Notes: generated by a model not told the origin, from the letters alone. DNA of 35,758 bases from an uncultured Clostridia bacterium (GCA_904397185.1 CAJFOL010000085.1:1-35758), one strand, 5' to 3'; positions 24,160 to 33,843 are shown, counted from the stretch's first letter. Translations and numbers: made by a program.

Positions 24160-25899
24160 ATGGAAATAAAGAAAGAAAAAGATGAAGAACTTAGCAAAGC
24201 AAGACATTCGCTTGCACACATTCTTGCAAAGGCACTTATGCAGTTATATCCTGAGACTAAACTGACAATAGGACCTGCGATTGATGATGGTTTCTATTAT
24301 GATATCGACCTTCCTCATTCAATAACTGCTGACGAGTACGACAAGATCGAAAAGAAGATGAAAGAAATTATCAATAAAGGCGAACCATTTACAAGAAAGG
24401 TTGTATCTAGAGATGAGGCTTTAAAACTTTTTGCTGGCAATGAGTATAAGACTGAGATAATAAACGAATTTCCAAAGGACGAAGAAGTGTCACTCTATTA
24501 CACAGGCGATGATTTTTATGACCTATGCCGTGGACCTCATGTTGATTCAGCAAAAAGGTTACAAAATTATGGTTTTAAAATCCATAGTGTAAACGGGGCA
24601 TATTGGAGAGGAGACGAAAAGAACAAAATGCTTCAAAGAGTTTACTGCTATGCATTCAAGACTAAAAAAGACCTTGCAGACCACATTGCCATGCTAGAAG
24701 AAGCCAAGAAGAGAGATAACCGTAAACTTGGAAAAGAGTTAAAACTTTTCATGATTTCACCAGAGGGCCCAGGTTTTCCTTTCTATCTTCCAAATGGAAT
24801 GATTGTAAGAAATTTGCTGATAGATTATTGGAGAGAACTTCATAGACAGGCAGGTTATAAGGAGATTATGACTCCAATCATGCTTAATCGTCACCTTTGG
24901 GAAGTATCAGGACACTGGGACCACTATAAAGAAAATATGTACTTGTCTGTTATAGATGATGAGACCTATGCTATTAAGCCTATGAACTGTCCAGGAGGTG
25001 TGCTTGTATATAAGAGCGAACCACATTCATATAAAGAACTTCCTCTGAGACTAGGTGAACTTGGTATTGTCCATAGATATGAGAAGTCAGGCGAACTTGG
25101 TGGACTTTTAAGAGTACGAAGTTTTACTCAAGATGATGCACATATATTTATGATGCCAAGCCAAATAAAGGATGAAATAAAAGGTGTTGTTGCTCTTATT
25201 GATAAAGTTTATAAAGTTTTCAACCTAGACTACTTTGTAGAACTCTCTACAAGACCAGAAAACAGCATGGGAAGTGATGAAGATTGGGAACTTGCTACAA
25301 AAGGCCTTAAAGATGCTCTTGATGAGTTAAATCTTGACTATATTATAAATGAAGGTGATGGTGCCTTCTATGGACCAAAGATTGACTTCCATTTAAAAGA
25401 CTCACTTGGCAGAACTTGGCAGTGCGGAACAATCCAACTTGATTTCCAACTTCCTCAACGTTTTGAACTTGAATATGTCGGCGAAGATGGACAGAAACAT
25501 CGTCCTATCATGATACACAGAGTTATATATGGTGCTATTGATAGGTTTATTGGAATACTTATTGAAAATTTTGCAGGGGCATTTCCTCTTTGGCTTGCAC
25601 CAGAGCAGGTAAGAGTACTTTCACTCACAGAAAGAAATAATGACTATGCTGAAAAGATAAAAAAAGAATTGTTTGATAAGGGATTGCGAGTAGAGAGTGA
25701 TTTGAGAAATGAAAAGATTGGCTATAAGATAAGAGAGGCATTCTCTAGGAAAGTACCTTATTTGATTGTAGTTGGCGATGAGGAAGAAAAGAGCAATACA
25801 ATTTCAATAAGAGGCAGAGGGAACGAAAACAAAAGTGGTCTTAATTTGGCAGATTTTATCGAAAGACTTGAAAATGAGATAAAAACTAAAAAAATTTAG
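24160..25899 (+). CDS. thrS: Threonine--tRNA ligase (lacks the N-terminal TGS domain)
   Basis: The protein starts at the editing-domain motif RHSLAHILA and then parallels B. subtilis ThrS (CRGPHV, AYWRGD, RDNRKLGKELKLF, class II core, anticodon-binding domain). It is 579 aa against ~640 aa for typical ThrRS. Confidence 0.95.
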   Translation: MEIKKEKDEELSKARHSLAHILAKALMQLYPETKLTIGPAIDDGFYYDIDLPHSITADEYDKIEKKMKEIINKGEPFTRKVVSRDEALKLFAGNEYKTEIINEFPKDEEVSLYYTGDDFYDLCRGPHVDSAKRLQNYGFKIHSVNGAYWRGDEKNKMLQRVYCYAFKTKKDLADHIAMLEEAKKRDNRKLGKELKLFMISPEGPGFPFYLPNGMIVRNLLIDYWRELHRQAGYKEIMTPIMLNRHLWEVSGHWDHYKENMYLSVIDDETYAIKPMNCPGGVLVYKSEPHSYKELPLRLGELGIVHRYEKSGELGGLLRVRSFTQDDAHIFMMPSQIKDEIKGVVALIDKVYKVFNLDYFVELSTRPENSMGSDEDWELATKGLKDALDELNLDYIINEGDGAFYGPKIDFHLKDSLGRTWQCGTIQLDFQLPQRFELEYVGEDGQKHRPIMIHRVIYGAIDRFIGILIENFAGAFPLWLAPEQVRVLSLTERNNDYAEKIKKELFDKGLRVESDLRNEKIGYKIREAFSRKVPYLIVVGDEEEKSNTISIRGRGNENKSGLNLADFIERLENEIKTKKI

Positions 25900-25972
25900 T
25901 TTAATTTGTTTGGAAATTGAATATATTTATGTTAGACTAAAAGGGAATATTTAATCTAAATGGAGGAAAAAT

Positions 25973-26467
25973 ATGGATGCAACACAAATTATTCTTATAG
26001 TTTTCATTGTACTTCTGATAATCATTTATCCTATTATTATATCTGCTAGAAACAAAAAAGAAAATCAAAAATTACAAGAACAAACTAATTCGCTAAAACG
26101 TGGGGACAAAATCTTGACTACAACAGGAGTGTATGGAACAATTGTTGATTTACACCTTGATGACAACAAGAAAATAGTAACAATCGAAACTGGCACAGGT
26201 AAAAATAAAGGCTATATGGCTATTGATGCTTATTCAATCTATACAGTTTTGACTGAAGAGAAACCTGCAGAGGAGAATAAACCACAAGCGATCAAACCTC
26301 AAGAAGAAAAGGCACAAGAGAATGTGTCTATGAATGTAAAACCTCAAGAACAGGTTAAAGAGAATAAGGTGGCGGATACGATAGCAGAGAACGAAGTTAA
26401 GAGTGAAACTGTTGACGAGAAAACACAAGAAACTAAGAAAGGTAGTAAAAGAAAGAAGGCAAACTAA
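25973..26467 (+). CDS. yajC: Preprotein translocase subunit YajC with a long low-complexity C-terminal tail
   Basis: One N-terminal TM and the YajC core GDKILTTTGVYGTIVDL. A ~70-aa E/K/P/Q-rich tail with repeated KPQ follows. Confidence 0.8.
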   Translation: MDATQIILIVFIVLLIIIYPIIISARNKKENQKLQEQTNSLKRGDKILTTTGVYGTIVDLHLDDNKKIVTIETGTGKNKGYMAIDAYSIYTVLTEEKPAEENKPQAIKPQEEKAQENVSMNVKPQEQVKENKVADTIAENEVKSETVDEKTQETKKGSKRKKAN

Positions 26468-26500
26468 GCCTCCTTTTTTAATTTTGACGTCAAATTGGTG

Positions 26501-26529
26501 TTGACATGAGAGGTAAAATATATTAGAAT
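26501..26529 (+). promoter_or_regulatory. Sigma-A-like promoter placing the TSS at or next to the ATG at 26537
   Basis: TTGACA, 17-nt spacer, TAGAAT. The -10 element ends 7 nt before the ATG at 26537. Confidence 0.55.
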
Positions 26530-26536
26530 ATAAGTG

Positions 26537-27382
26537 ATGAGAATATACAATTCCGAAAAATTTTTAAAAAGAAGATTATTGGAAGAGCCTTCTTATACCT
26601 ATTATGCCTATCAAAAGGCGAAGGAGCATCCATTAAAGGAAAGAGAAGTGTTCTGCTTTATGGTTCGTGTTTTTTGTAGACTTCTCTTCATGGGCAAAAA
26701 GATAACAGATCCAAGAGTCGCAAATTATTTTAAAAAGACTGTACATAAAGACAAAGACGGATGGTATAGTGTAGACAAACCTTTTGGACGGGGTAGATTT
26801 ATTAATGCTAACAAGTTGTTTAAAAATGTAAAATGTGGTGAGGCTGAATGTCATACCTGTGCATATTATTTTGTATTAGAAGCACCTGTCAAGTCGAGAT
26901 TGGTGTTTGGCTCAATAAATCCTTTTAGAATAAATAATGGACTATTCCACTCAATTTGTACATTCAAGTTATATGACAAAGAATATGTGTTTGATGGTGC
27001 AAACTACATGGTAATGGATAAGGACTTATACTATAGAATATTCAATTTTATGGAACTTCAAAAAATTTCTCAAGAAGAATTAATTAAAGACAAAGAGGTA
27101 TTATCTGTAAAACCCATTTTAAAAAATGCTGGCAGTTACAAATTTGCCAATATTGACGTACTAAGTAAAAGATTTTATGGTATCGGTTTTCTAACCTATT
27201 TATATAACAGAGATGATTTTTTGCAAAACAATCATAAGCAGTGCGAAAATTTCAAAAGTGTAGTTGAAGATTATAGTGCCTTTAGAGAAAAACTTGAAAG
27301 ACTTGATGAAAAGTATTCTACTGCGGTTTTAACTCTATCTGAAATTCTTTCGCCAAACCAAGAAGATAAACTAGAAAAATAA
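26537..27382 (+). CDS. Hypothetical protein with a Cys/His cluster (possible papain/transglutaminase-like Cys-His-Asp fold, speculative)
   Basis: 281 aa from the ATG. No SD sequence is present. CGEAECHTCAYYF...SRLVFGS...LFHSICTF...VFDGANY follows the G-x-C...H...D order of transglutaminase-like thiol enzymes. Confidence 0.55.
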   Translation: MRIYNSEKFLKRRLLEEPSYTYYAYQKAKEHPLKEREVFCFMVRVFCRLLFMGKKITDPRVANYFKKTVHKDKDGWYSVDKPFGRGRFINANKLFKNVKCGEAECHTCAYYFVLEAPVKSRLVFGSINPFRINNGLFHSICTFKLYDKEYVFDGANYMVMDKDLYYRIFNFMELQKISQEELIKDKEVLSVKPILKNAGSYKFANIDVLSKRFYGIGFLTYLYNRDDFLQNNHKQCENFKSVVEDYSAFREKLERLDEKYSTAVLTLSEILSPNQEDKLEK

Positions 27383-27409
27383 CTTTCTAATGGAGAAAGT
27401 TATTTTTTT
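27380..27409 (+). terminator. Intrinsic terminator
   Basis: TAACTTTCT/AGAAAGTTA 9-bp stem overlapping the stop codon, with a 5-nt loop, followed by TTTTTTT. Confidence 0.8.
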
Positions 27410-27469
27410 GTGTAATAAAACATATTTATTTAATAGTTACAAGTATAATTTGTTTAAAAGGAGTCAATT

Positions 27470-27889
27470 ATGAAATTGAAAACAAAAATAAATATACAAA
27501 GTGCTAAAAATAAATATCCAATAATAGGTTTTATTGCAAAAGGTGTTCTTATTGCACTATGTACTTCTCTGGTGCTTGTCTTAGTTTTCGCATTCTTGCT
27601 TAAATTTACAAACATATCAGATAGTGCAATTGCACCTGTAAATCAAGTGATAAAAGGTATAAGTATATTTTTAGGAGTTTTTGTCGGTCTTAAAAAATGT
27701 AAGGAGTTAGGACTCGTCAGCGGACTTTTAATAGGTTTTATATATACGTTAGTTGCATTTTTGGTCTTTTCAATACTTAGCGGAGCATTTTCATTTGATA
27801 TAACTTTGCTTACAGATACAGTATTTGGGGCAGTAATAGGGGCAATTTGCGGAATAATTAGTGTAAATATTAAAAAAAGTGCAAACTAA
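27470..27889 (+). CDS. Small 4-TM membrane protein, YrzE/TIGR04086-like
   Basis: 139 aa with four hydrophobic, Gly-rich helices. Its position directly upstream of secD matches B. subtilis yrzE-secDF as I recall it. Confidence 0.5.
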   Translation: MKLKTKINIQSAKNKYPIIGFIAKGVLIALCTSLVLVLVFAFLLKFTNISDSAIAPVNQVIKGISIFLGVFVGLKKCKELGLVSGLLIGFIYTLVAFLVFSILSGAFSFDITLLTDTVFGAVIGAICGIISVNIKKSAN

Positions 27890-27902
27890 AACTCAAATTT
27901 AA

Positions 27903-27931
27903 TTGACATAGTCCTTTTAATTCTTTATAAT
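27903..27931 (+). promoter_or_regulatory. Consensus sigma-A promoter upstream of secD
   Basis: TTGACA, 17-nt spacer, TATAAT. Confidence 0.65.
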
Positions 27932-27971
27932 TATGAGAGTAAACGTTAAAATGCAATTAAAAGGATTATAA

Positions 27972-29462
27972 ATGTTAAAGAAATACTCAATCGTAAATTT
28001 TGTTTTACTTATTATAATAGCACTGCTTGGCATACTTTTAAGTGTATGTCCTTTTAATGTACCCGCAAGCACTGATAAGTACAATGGTTTTGTTAATGCT
28101 ATAGAAAAGGGTATAGATTTGAATGGTGGTGTTTCTGCCATCTATAGTGCCGAACTTGACGGCGGGGAATCTAATTTAAGTCTAACAGAGACAATAGATG
28201 CTTCTATAGAAAAAGTTGAAAACGTTTTCAGCCATAATGGAGACTTCCCAGAACTTTTTGTTACAAGGCAGGGTGATAAGGTTCGAGTTGAAGTTTCTGG
28301 TGTATCATCTACAGACTCAGTTTTTGGGTATCTTGCTGATGGGCAAAGTATTTATGTAACTTTAGAAGAAGTTTCAGATGATGTTACAAATCCTAAAGTA
28401 TATCTTGACAGTGATGATATTTCATATGCATATGTTGGATATGATTATGATAATAGCAACTATACCATAGTACTTGAATTTACAAATATTGGCAGGTCGA
28501 ATCTTGAAAATATGCTCACATCTGCAGATGAGATTGGGTCATCAAATGCTTATGTATATATTGAAAGTTTAGATGCTGACAATCTTTTATCTGATTCGAT
28601 AAATGTCAGTGATATAGATGGCAATATTTCATTTGCTTTAAATTCTAGTAGTGATTATTATTCTACAAGTACAACGACCTATTCAAATGGTTCTTCTCAA
28701 GCAAGAGTTTCATATATTATCACAGGTGGAGCACTTGGTTTAGACCTAACTTTACTTGAGACAAGTGAAATAAGCCCTATATTAGGCGAAAATACGTTGC
28801 TTTTTCTTGGTATTGCAAGTATTGCAACGATTGTACTCGCTTTTGTGGCTTTGATTGTTAAATATAGAGATTTAGGACTGCTTGGGTGTCTGTCTTTAAT
28901 CTTCTACCTAATTATATTTGTATTCTTTATGCAAGCAATACCATTCGTAGTGCTTAATCTTGCTACCATGTTTGGCTGCATCTTCGCTTTTGCTCTTGCT
29001 ATAATTGCAAATGTAATCATATTTGAAAAAGTAAGAGAGGAATATGCACTCGGTAAAAAGATACATCTTTCATTTAAAGGTGGAATGAAAAAAGCATTGT
29101 GGCCTATTCTTGATAGTCACATTGTTCTTGCACTGGTATCAATAGTTATTTGGATATTTGCTCCATCATATTTGAAAGGCTTTGGAATTGTACTTTTGAT
29201 GGGCTGTGTTGTGTCAGTGTTTATCTCTCTTGTAGTTACAAGATATCTTTTAAATATTTACCTTCCATTAAATAGCACCAAATCAAAGAGATTAGGACTT
29301 GTTCGTGATAAAAGTGTGAAGGAGTTAAAAGATGACCAATCGTTAAACAATGTTTCATCATTACAAATAAACGAACAGACTATGGATGACCAAACTATTG
29401 ACTCTCAATCAAATGAAACAATAGTTACCGAAACTGAAGAAGGAGGTAACAATAATGACTAA
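27972..29462 (+). CDS. secD: Protein translocase subunit SecD
   Basis: N-terminal TM, GIDLNGGVS motif, a large divergent extracytoplasmic domain and six C-terminal TMs. A Q/N/D/E-rich tail follows. Confidence 0.85.
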   Translation: MLKKYSIVNFVLLIIIALLGILLSVCPFNVPASTDKYNGFVNAIEKGIDLNGGVSAIYSAELDGGESNLSLTETIDASIEKVENVFSHNGDFPELFVTRQGDKVRVEVSGVSSTDSVFGYLADGQSIYVTLEEVSDDVTNPKVYLDSDDISYAYVGYDYDNSNYTIVLEFTNIGRSNLENMLTSADEIGSSNAYVYIESLDADNLLSDSINVSDIDGNISFALNSSSDYYSTSTTTYSNGSSQARVSYIITGGALGLDLTLLETSEISPILGENTLLFLGIASIATIVLAFVALIVKYRDLGLLGCLSLIFYLIIFVFFMQAIPFVVLNLATMFGCIFAFALAIIANVIIFEKVREEYALGKKIHLSFKGGMKKALWPILDSHIVLALVSIVIWIFAPSYLKGFGIVLLMGCVVSVFISLVVTRYLLNIYLPLNSTKSKRLGLVRDKSVKELKDDQSLNNVSSLQINEQTMDDQTIDSQSNETIVTETEEGGNNND

Positions 29463-30534
29463 CATGAAAAAAGAAAAATTATCTTTAAACAAACGAATAA
29501 CCTCTTCTAAATTTAGTTTTACCAAAAATTTCTTATATTTTTTGATAGTGCCAGCCATTATTTTAATAGTAGGAATAGTTCTTTTATCGACAATAGGCTT
29601 TAATCTAGGCACTGACTTTACTGGGAAAAGTGTAGTTAAAATTTATATAAACAATGAGGATAGTTTTGGCGAAGAGGTTGAGAGTTACAATCTTGATAGC
29701 CAAGAAGACAAAGATGCTATTTATGATAAAATCGAATTGGTTTTAAGTGAAAATGGTGTCAAAATCGATAGTTTTAGAACGACAACTATGACTATATCAG
29801 ACTACAATGTTTATCTTGGTCAAGCAGTTGAAGTTACCTATCAAAATATTTCGGATGATTTAGATAGCATAACTGCTAAAAATAGTGATATAAGAAATAG
29901 TTTAGTTACCGCATTTGGCTATTCTTCTTATGATGATGCAATTTCATCAATAGATTATTCGCCATCCACAGCGGATTTTGGCTGGATAACAGGTACTGTT
30001 GCAAGTATAGTATTTGGGTATTTAGTTTTTGCGATTTATATGGCATTTAGAGATAATCCAAGTATATTCTTGGTCGGAATTATACAAATTGCAATTGACC
30101 TTTTCTTAACTTTAGGCTTAATATCTATATTTAGACTCACTATAAATATGTCACTTGCAATAATTCTTATTTCAACTTTCTTGCTTAGTGCATTTAACCT
30201 ATTTTACTATTATTCTAAAATCAAATCTAACATTAAGTCAGGTAAATTTGAAAAAGCAAAGAATAGTGTAATTGCGGATGAGACAATCAAAGAAATAACA
30301 TTTAATAGAGTGATTATTTACATTGCTTTATTAGTCATTTCAGTTATTTTCTCTGCACTTGCCGTTGAGGGAGTGAGAGAAGTGGCACTCGGAATAATGA
30401 CAAGTTTGATTGTAACTTTCTATACATCGCAGTTCTTATTACCAAGTTTTTGTAGTGTATTCTATAAAGAACGAAAAAAAGCAAAGACAGTTAAAACAAA
30501 ATCGCCTAAAAAAGCAGAAAAAGTTTCTGAGTAA
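29455..30534 (+). CDS. secF: Protein translocase subunit SecF
   Basis: GTDFTGKS motif and six TMs. AGGAGG lies 8 nt upstream. It overlaps secD by 8 nt. Lys-rich C-terminus. Confidence 0.85.
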   Translation: MTNMKKEKLSLNKRITSSKFSFTKNFLYFLIVPAIILIVGIVLLSTIGFNLGTDFTGKSVVKIYINNEDSFGEEVESYNLDSQEDKDAIYDKIELVLSENGVKIDSFRTTTMTISDYNVYLGQAVEVTYQNISDDLDSITAKNSDIRNSLVTAFGYSSYDDAISSIDYSPSTADFGWITGTVASIVFGYLVFAIYMAFRDNPSIFLVGIIQIAIDLFLTLGLISIFRLTINMSLAIILISTFLLSAFNLFYYYSKIKSNIKSGKFEKAKNSVIADETIKEITFNRVIIYIALLVISVIFSALAVEGVREVALGIMTSLIVTFYTSQFLLPSFCSVFYKERKKAKTVKTKSPKKAEKVSE

Positions 30535-30550
30535 TTCAGAGACTTTTTTT
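30523..30550 (+). terminator. Intrinsic terminator after secF
   Basis: GTTTCTGA/TCAGAGAC stem with one G:U pair. The stop codon sits in the loop. Followed by TTTTTTT. Confidence 0.7.
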
Positions 30551-30587
30551 AATATAGATATTTTTTTAAATAAATATTGCTAAATTG

Positions 30588-30616
30588 TTGACTATTATCT
30601 TTATTTATGTTATATT
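30588..30616 (+). promoter_or_regulatory. Sigma-A-like promoter of rpsB-tsf
   Basis: TTGACT, 17-nt spacer, TATATT, with a TGt extended -10. It implies a ~160-nt leader. Confidence 0.55.
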
Positions 30617-30782
30617 AAATATGTCATTGGACAAATATGCACCTATAGAATATTCTGTTGCAGTTGCCAAAAACTTGTTGTATATTAAAAACGATACCCA
30701 TACAACTTAAAAGACATTTGTCTGTGGTCGCAATTAGGAGCTAGAAAACTATAGGGAAGGACAAAAACAAAGGAGGATAAAA

Positions 30783-31700
30783 ATGTCAGTTATTTCAATG
30801 AAACAACTTTTGGAAGCAGGTGTTCACTTCGGACATCAAACCAGAAAATGGAATCCAAAGATGAAAAAATACATTTTTACTGCAAGAAATGATATTCATA
30901 TCATCAATTTGGAAAAAACATCTGAGCAAGTCGACAAAGCATATCAATTTGTACGTGATGTCGTTGCATCAGGCAAGAATGTACTTTTTGTAGGTACTAA
31001 AAAACAAGCACAAGATGCTGTAAAAGAAGAAGCAGAGAGATGCGGAATGTATTATATCAACACACGTTGGCTCGGCGGATGTCTTACAAACTTCAAAACT
31101 ATTAAGTCAAGAATTGAAAGACTCAATAAACTTAACCAAATGGAAAAAGTAGGCGAGTTTGACTTATTGCCAAAGAAAGAAGTTACTCTTTTAAAGACTG
31201 AAAGAGATAAACTTGAAAAAAATCTCGGCGGAATTAAAGAAATGAGAGAACTCCCAGGAGTGATATTTGTAGTTGACCCTAATGTTGAGCACATTTGTGT
31301 TAATGAATGTAGATTGTTGAATATTCCTATGGTTGGACTTGTTGATACAAATGGAAATCCAGATAATATCGACTATGTTATTCCAGGAAATGATGATGCT
31401 ATTCGTTCTGTAAAACTTATTGCTTCAGCCATTGCAGATGCAGTTATTGAGGCTAAGGAGGGTGTATCATTAAAGAAAGAAGAGACTCAAGATGAAGATA
31501 TTGATATCGAGAAGGCTCTTGCTGAGACAAAACCTAACTTAGAAATTGCAGAAGCAGGGGAAGAAAATAGAAGCAAAAAAACTGCTAAGAAAAAGCCTGC
31601 TAAGAAAAAAGTAGAAAAGAAAGAAAATAAAGAAGAAAAGAAAGAAGTAAAAACTGAAACTATAGTTGATGATCAAAAGAATGAAGATAAAGGAGAGTAA
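30783..31700 (+). CDS. rpsB: 30S ribosomal protein S2 with a Lys/Glu-rich C-terminal extension
   Basis: [28 protein letters not shown]-terminus. AAGGAGG RBS. 305 aa, of which the last ~70 aa are a low-complexity K/E tail. Confidence 0.95.
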   Translation: MSVISMKQLLEAGVHFGHQTRKWNPKMKKYIFTARNDIHIINLEKTSEQVDKAYQFVRDVVASGKNVLFVGTKKQAQDAVKEEAERCGMYYINTRWLGGCLTNFKTIKSRIERLNKLNQMEKVGEFDLLPKKEVTLLKTERDKLEKNLGGIKEMRELPGVIFVVDPNVEHICVNECRLLNIPMVGLVDTNGNPDNIDYVIPGNDDAIRSVKLIASAIADAVIEAKEGVSLKKEETQDEDIDIEKALAETKPNLEIAEAGEENRSKKTAKKKPAKKKVEKKENKEEKKEVKTETIVDDQKNEDKGE

Positions 31701-31702
31701 AT

Positions 31703-32359
31703 ATGAATTTTACGGCGAAAGACGTTGCTGAACTTAGAGCAAAAACAAATGCAGGTATGATGGATTGCAAAAAAGCACTTGTTGAAAGTGATGGAGATTT
31801 TGATAAAGCAATTATCTGGCTTAGAGAAAAGGGAATGGCTGCCGCAGCCAAGAAACAGTCAAGAATAGCCGCAGAGGGTATCGTTACTTCATATATTCAT
31901 ATGGGTGGAAAGATTGGTGTTCTTGTTGAGATTAACTGCGAAACAGACTTTGTTGCTAAGACAGATGAATTTCAACAAATTGGGCATGATATTGCATTGC
32001 AAATAGCCGCTGCATCTCCAAAATATGTAAGAGTTGAAGAAGTTCCTGCTGAAGTACTTGAAAAAGAGAAGGAAATCTTCATGAATCAATCTCTTAACGA
32101 AGGAAAACCTGCTCAAATTGCAGAAAAAATGGTTCAAGGAAGAATTAAGAAATTCTACCAAGAAGTTTGTCTTCTTGAACAAGCATTTGTTAAAGACCCA
32201 AGCAAGACTATAGCAGAATATATCACTGAAAAAACTTCTCAAATAGGCGAAAAAATATCTATAAGAAGATTTGTTAGATATGAAATGGGCGAAGGTCTTG
32301 AAAAACGAAATGACAATCTTGCTGAAGAAGTTGAAAAACAAATGAAGGGTAATAAGTAA
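31703..32359 (+). CDS. tsf: Elongation factor Ts (short form)
   Basis: [21 protein letters not shown]-like N-terminus and the NCETDFVAK motif. 218 aa. Confidence 0.93.
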   Translation: MNFTAKDVAELRAKTNAGMMDCKKALVESDGDFDKAIIWLREKGMAAAAKKQSRIAAEGIVTSYIHMGGKIGVLVEINCETDFVAKTDEFQQIGHDIALQIAAASPKYVRVEEVPAEVLEKEKEIFMNQSLNEGKPAQIAEKMVQGRIKKFYQEVCLLEQAFVKDPSKTIAEYITEKTSQIGEKISIRRFVRYEMGEGLEKRNDNLAEEVEKQMKGNK

Positions 32360-32363
32360 ATTA

Positions 32364-32393
32364 ATATGACTGAGTGTTCAGTCATATTTTTTT
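32364..32393 (+). terminator. Intrinsic terminator after tsf
   Basis: ATATGACTGA/TCAGTCATAT 10-bp stem with a 4-nt loop, followed by TTTTTTT. Confidence 0.85.
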
Positions 32394-32477
32394 GACATTT
32401 TTTTATAAATTTAATTATTTTATGCACTTAATTTTAAATAAAAAAATAAAGAATATTAGCAATTTCTATTAAATCGT

Positions 32478-32506
32478 TTGCAAAAATTTTTACTTTATAG
32501 TAAAAT
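32478..32506 (+). promoter_or_regulatory. Sigma-A-like promoter upstream of frr
   Basis: TTGCAA, 17-nt spacer, TAAAAT. Confidence 0.5.
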
Positions 32507-32526
32507 AAATTGCAAGGAGTGATTTT

Positions 32527-33093
32527 ATGAACGAAATGATAGAAGAAATTGTTTTATCTTGTCAAGACGAAATAGATAAGGCTATCAATCATCAGTTAAG
32601 CGAATATCTTGTGATAAGAGCGGGTAGAGCAAATCCACATATTCTTGATAAGGTTTTCATTGATTATTATGGAGTGCCTACACCTATAAAAAATATGGCA
32701 AGTATATCGGTTCCAGAGGCTAGAATTTTGGCAATAAATGTATGGGATCAATCGCAAGTAAAAAATGTAGTCAAGGCTATATCAGCGGCAGACCTTGGGG
32801 TTAATCCAAATGATGATGGAAAGACAATAAGACTTATATTTCCAGCACTTACCGAGGAAAGGAGAAAGGAAATTGTCAAGTCCGTAAAGAAAATTGCCGA
32901 AGATACAAAGGTTGCTGTACGTGGTGCAAGAAGAGATGCTATGGACATGATAAAAGACCTTGAAAAAAATGGCGAGATTTCAGAAGACGAACGTGATACT
33001 TATGAAGATAATATTCAGAAACTTGTAGATAAAGCTTGTGACCAGATTGATGAGAACAGCAAGAACAAAGAAAAAGAAGTAATGGAAGTTTAA
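32527..33093 (+). CDS. frr: Ribosome recycling factor
   Basis: RRF pattern (IRAGRANPHILD, YGVPTPI, LTEERRKE). AAGGAG RBS. Confidence 0.93.
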   Translation: MNEMIEEIVLSCQDEIDKAINHQLSEYLVIRAGRANPHILDKVFIDYYGVPTPIKNMASISVPEARILAINVWDQSQVKNVVKAISAADLGVNPNDDGKTIRLIFPALTEERRKEIVKSVKKIAEDTKVAVRGARRDAMDMIKDLEKNGEISEDERDTYEDNIQKLVDKACDQIDENSKNKEKEVMEV

Positions 33094-33150
33094 TCTACAA
33101 TTCGTCAGATAAATTCCATTATATTTAAAAATATTATAAAAGGGATTTAT

Positions 33151-33843
33151 ATGACAAAATTATTAAAAGTACCTAATCATATTGCTATTATAATGGACGG
33201 AAATGGAAGATGGGCTACCAAAAGAGGACTTCCAAGAAACTTGGGGCACAAAGAAGGTGTTAATGCTGTTGAAAGAACCATCAAGTCATGTTTGAAATAT
33301 GGTATTAGGTATTGCACATTTTTTGCATTTTCTACTGAAAACTGGAAGAGAAGCAAAGAAGAAATTGATGGGATTTTTGATTTATTAAGGTCTTACATCT
33401 CAAAAGACAATAATATTTTTATTGAAAATCAAATCAAATTATCGTCTATTGGTGTTATTGACCCATTTCCTGACGATTTGAAGAAAGCATTAAATGATTT
33501 AAAAGAAAAAACGAAAAATTTTGATAAACTTGAAGTTGTTTTTGCTTTAAATTACGGTGGACGTGATGATATAGTTCGAGCGGTAAATAAACTTATAAAA
33601 CAGGGGAATGAAATAAATGAAAAAGATATTTTATTATCTTTAGATACGGGGGATATTCCTGAGCCAGATTTTGTCATTAGAACAAGCGGAGAGCAAAGAT
33701 TATCTAACTTTTTATTGTATCAAATGGCTTATAGCGAATTATACTTTCCTAAAGTTTATTGGCCAGATTTTAATGAAAAACATTTTGTTAAGGCTTTAAA
33801 GGCATATCAAAAAAGAAATAGAAGGTTTGGAGGTTTAAGTTGA
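33151..33843 (+). CDS. uppS: Isoprenyl transferase (undecaprenyl diphosphate synthase)
   Basis: HIAIIMDGNGRWA and RTSGEQRLSNFLLYQ motifs. Confidence 0.93.
   Translation: MTKLLKVPNHIAIIMDGNGRWATKRGLPRNLGHKEGVNAVERTIKSCLKYGIRYCTFFAFSTENWKRSKEEIDGIFDLLRSYISKDNNIFIENQIKLSSIGVIDPFPDDLKKALNDLKEKTKNFDKLEVVFALNYGGRDDIVRAVNKLIKQGNEINEKDILLSLDTGDIPEPDFVIRTSGEQRLSNFLLYQMAYSELYFPKVYWPDFNEKHFVKALKAYQKRNRRFGGLS

Noticed and set aside
31889-32427. Minus-strand ORFs (150 aa and 62 aa) opposite tsf and its terminator
   Set aside because: They are antisense artefacts of a conserved EF-Ts gene.
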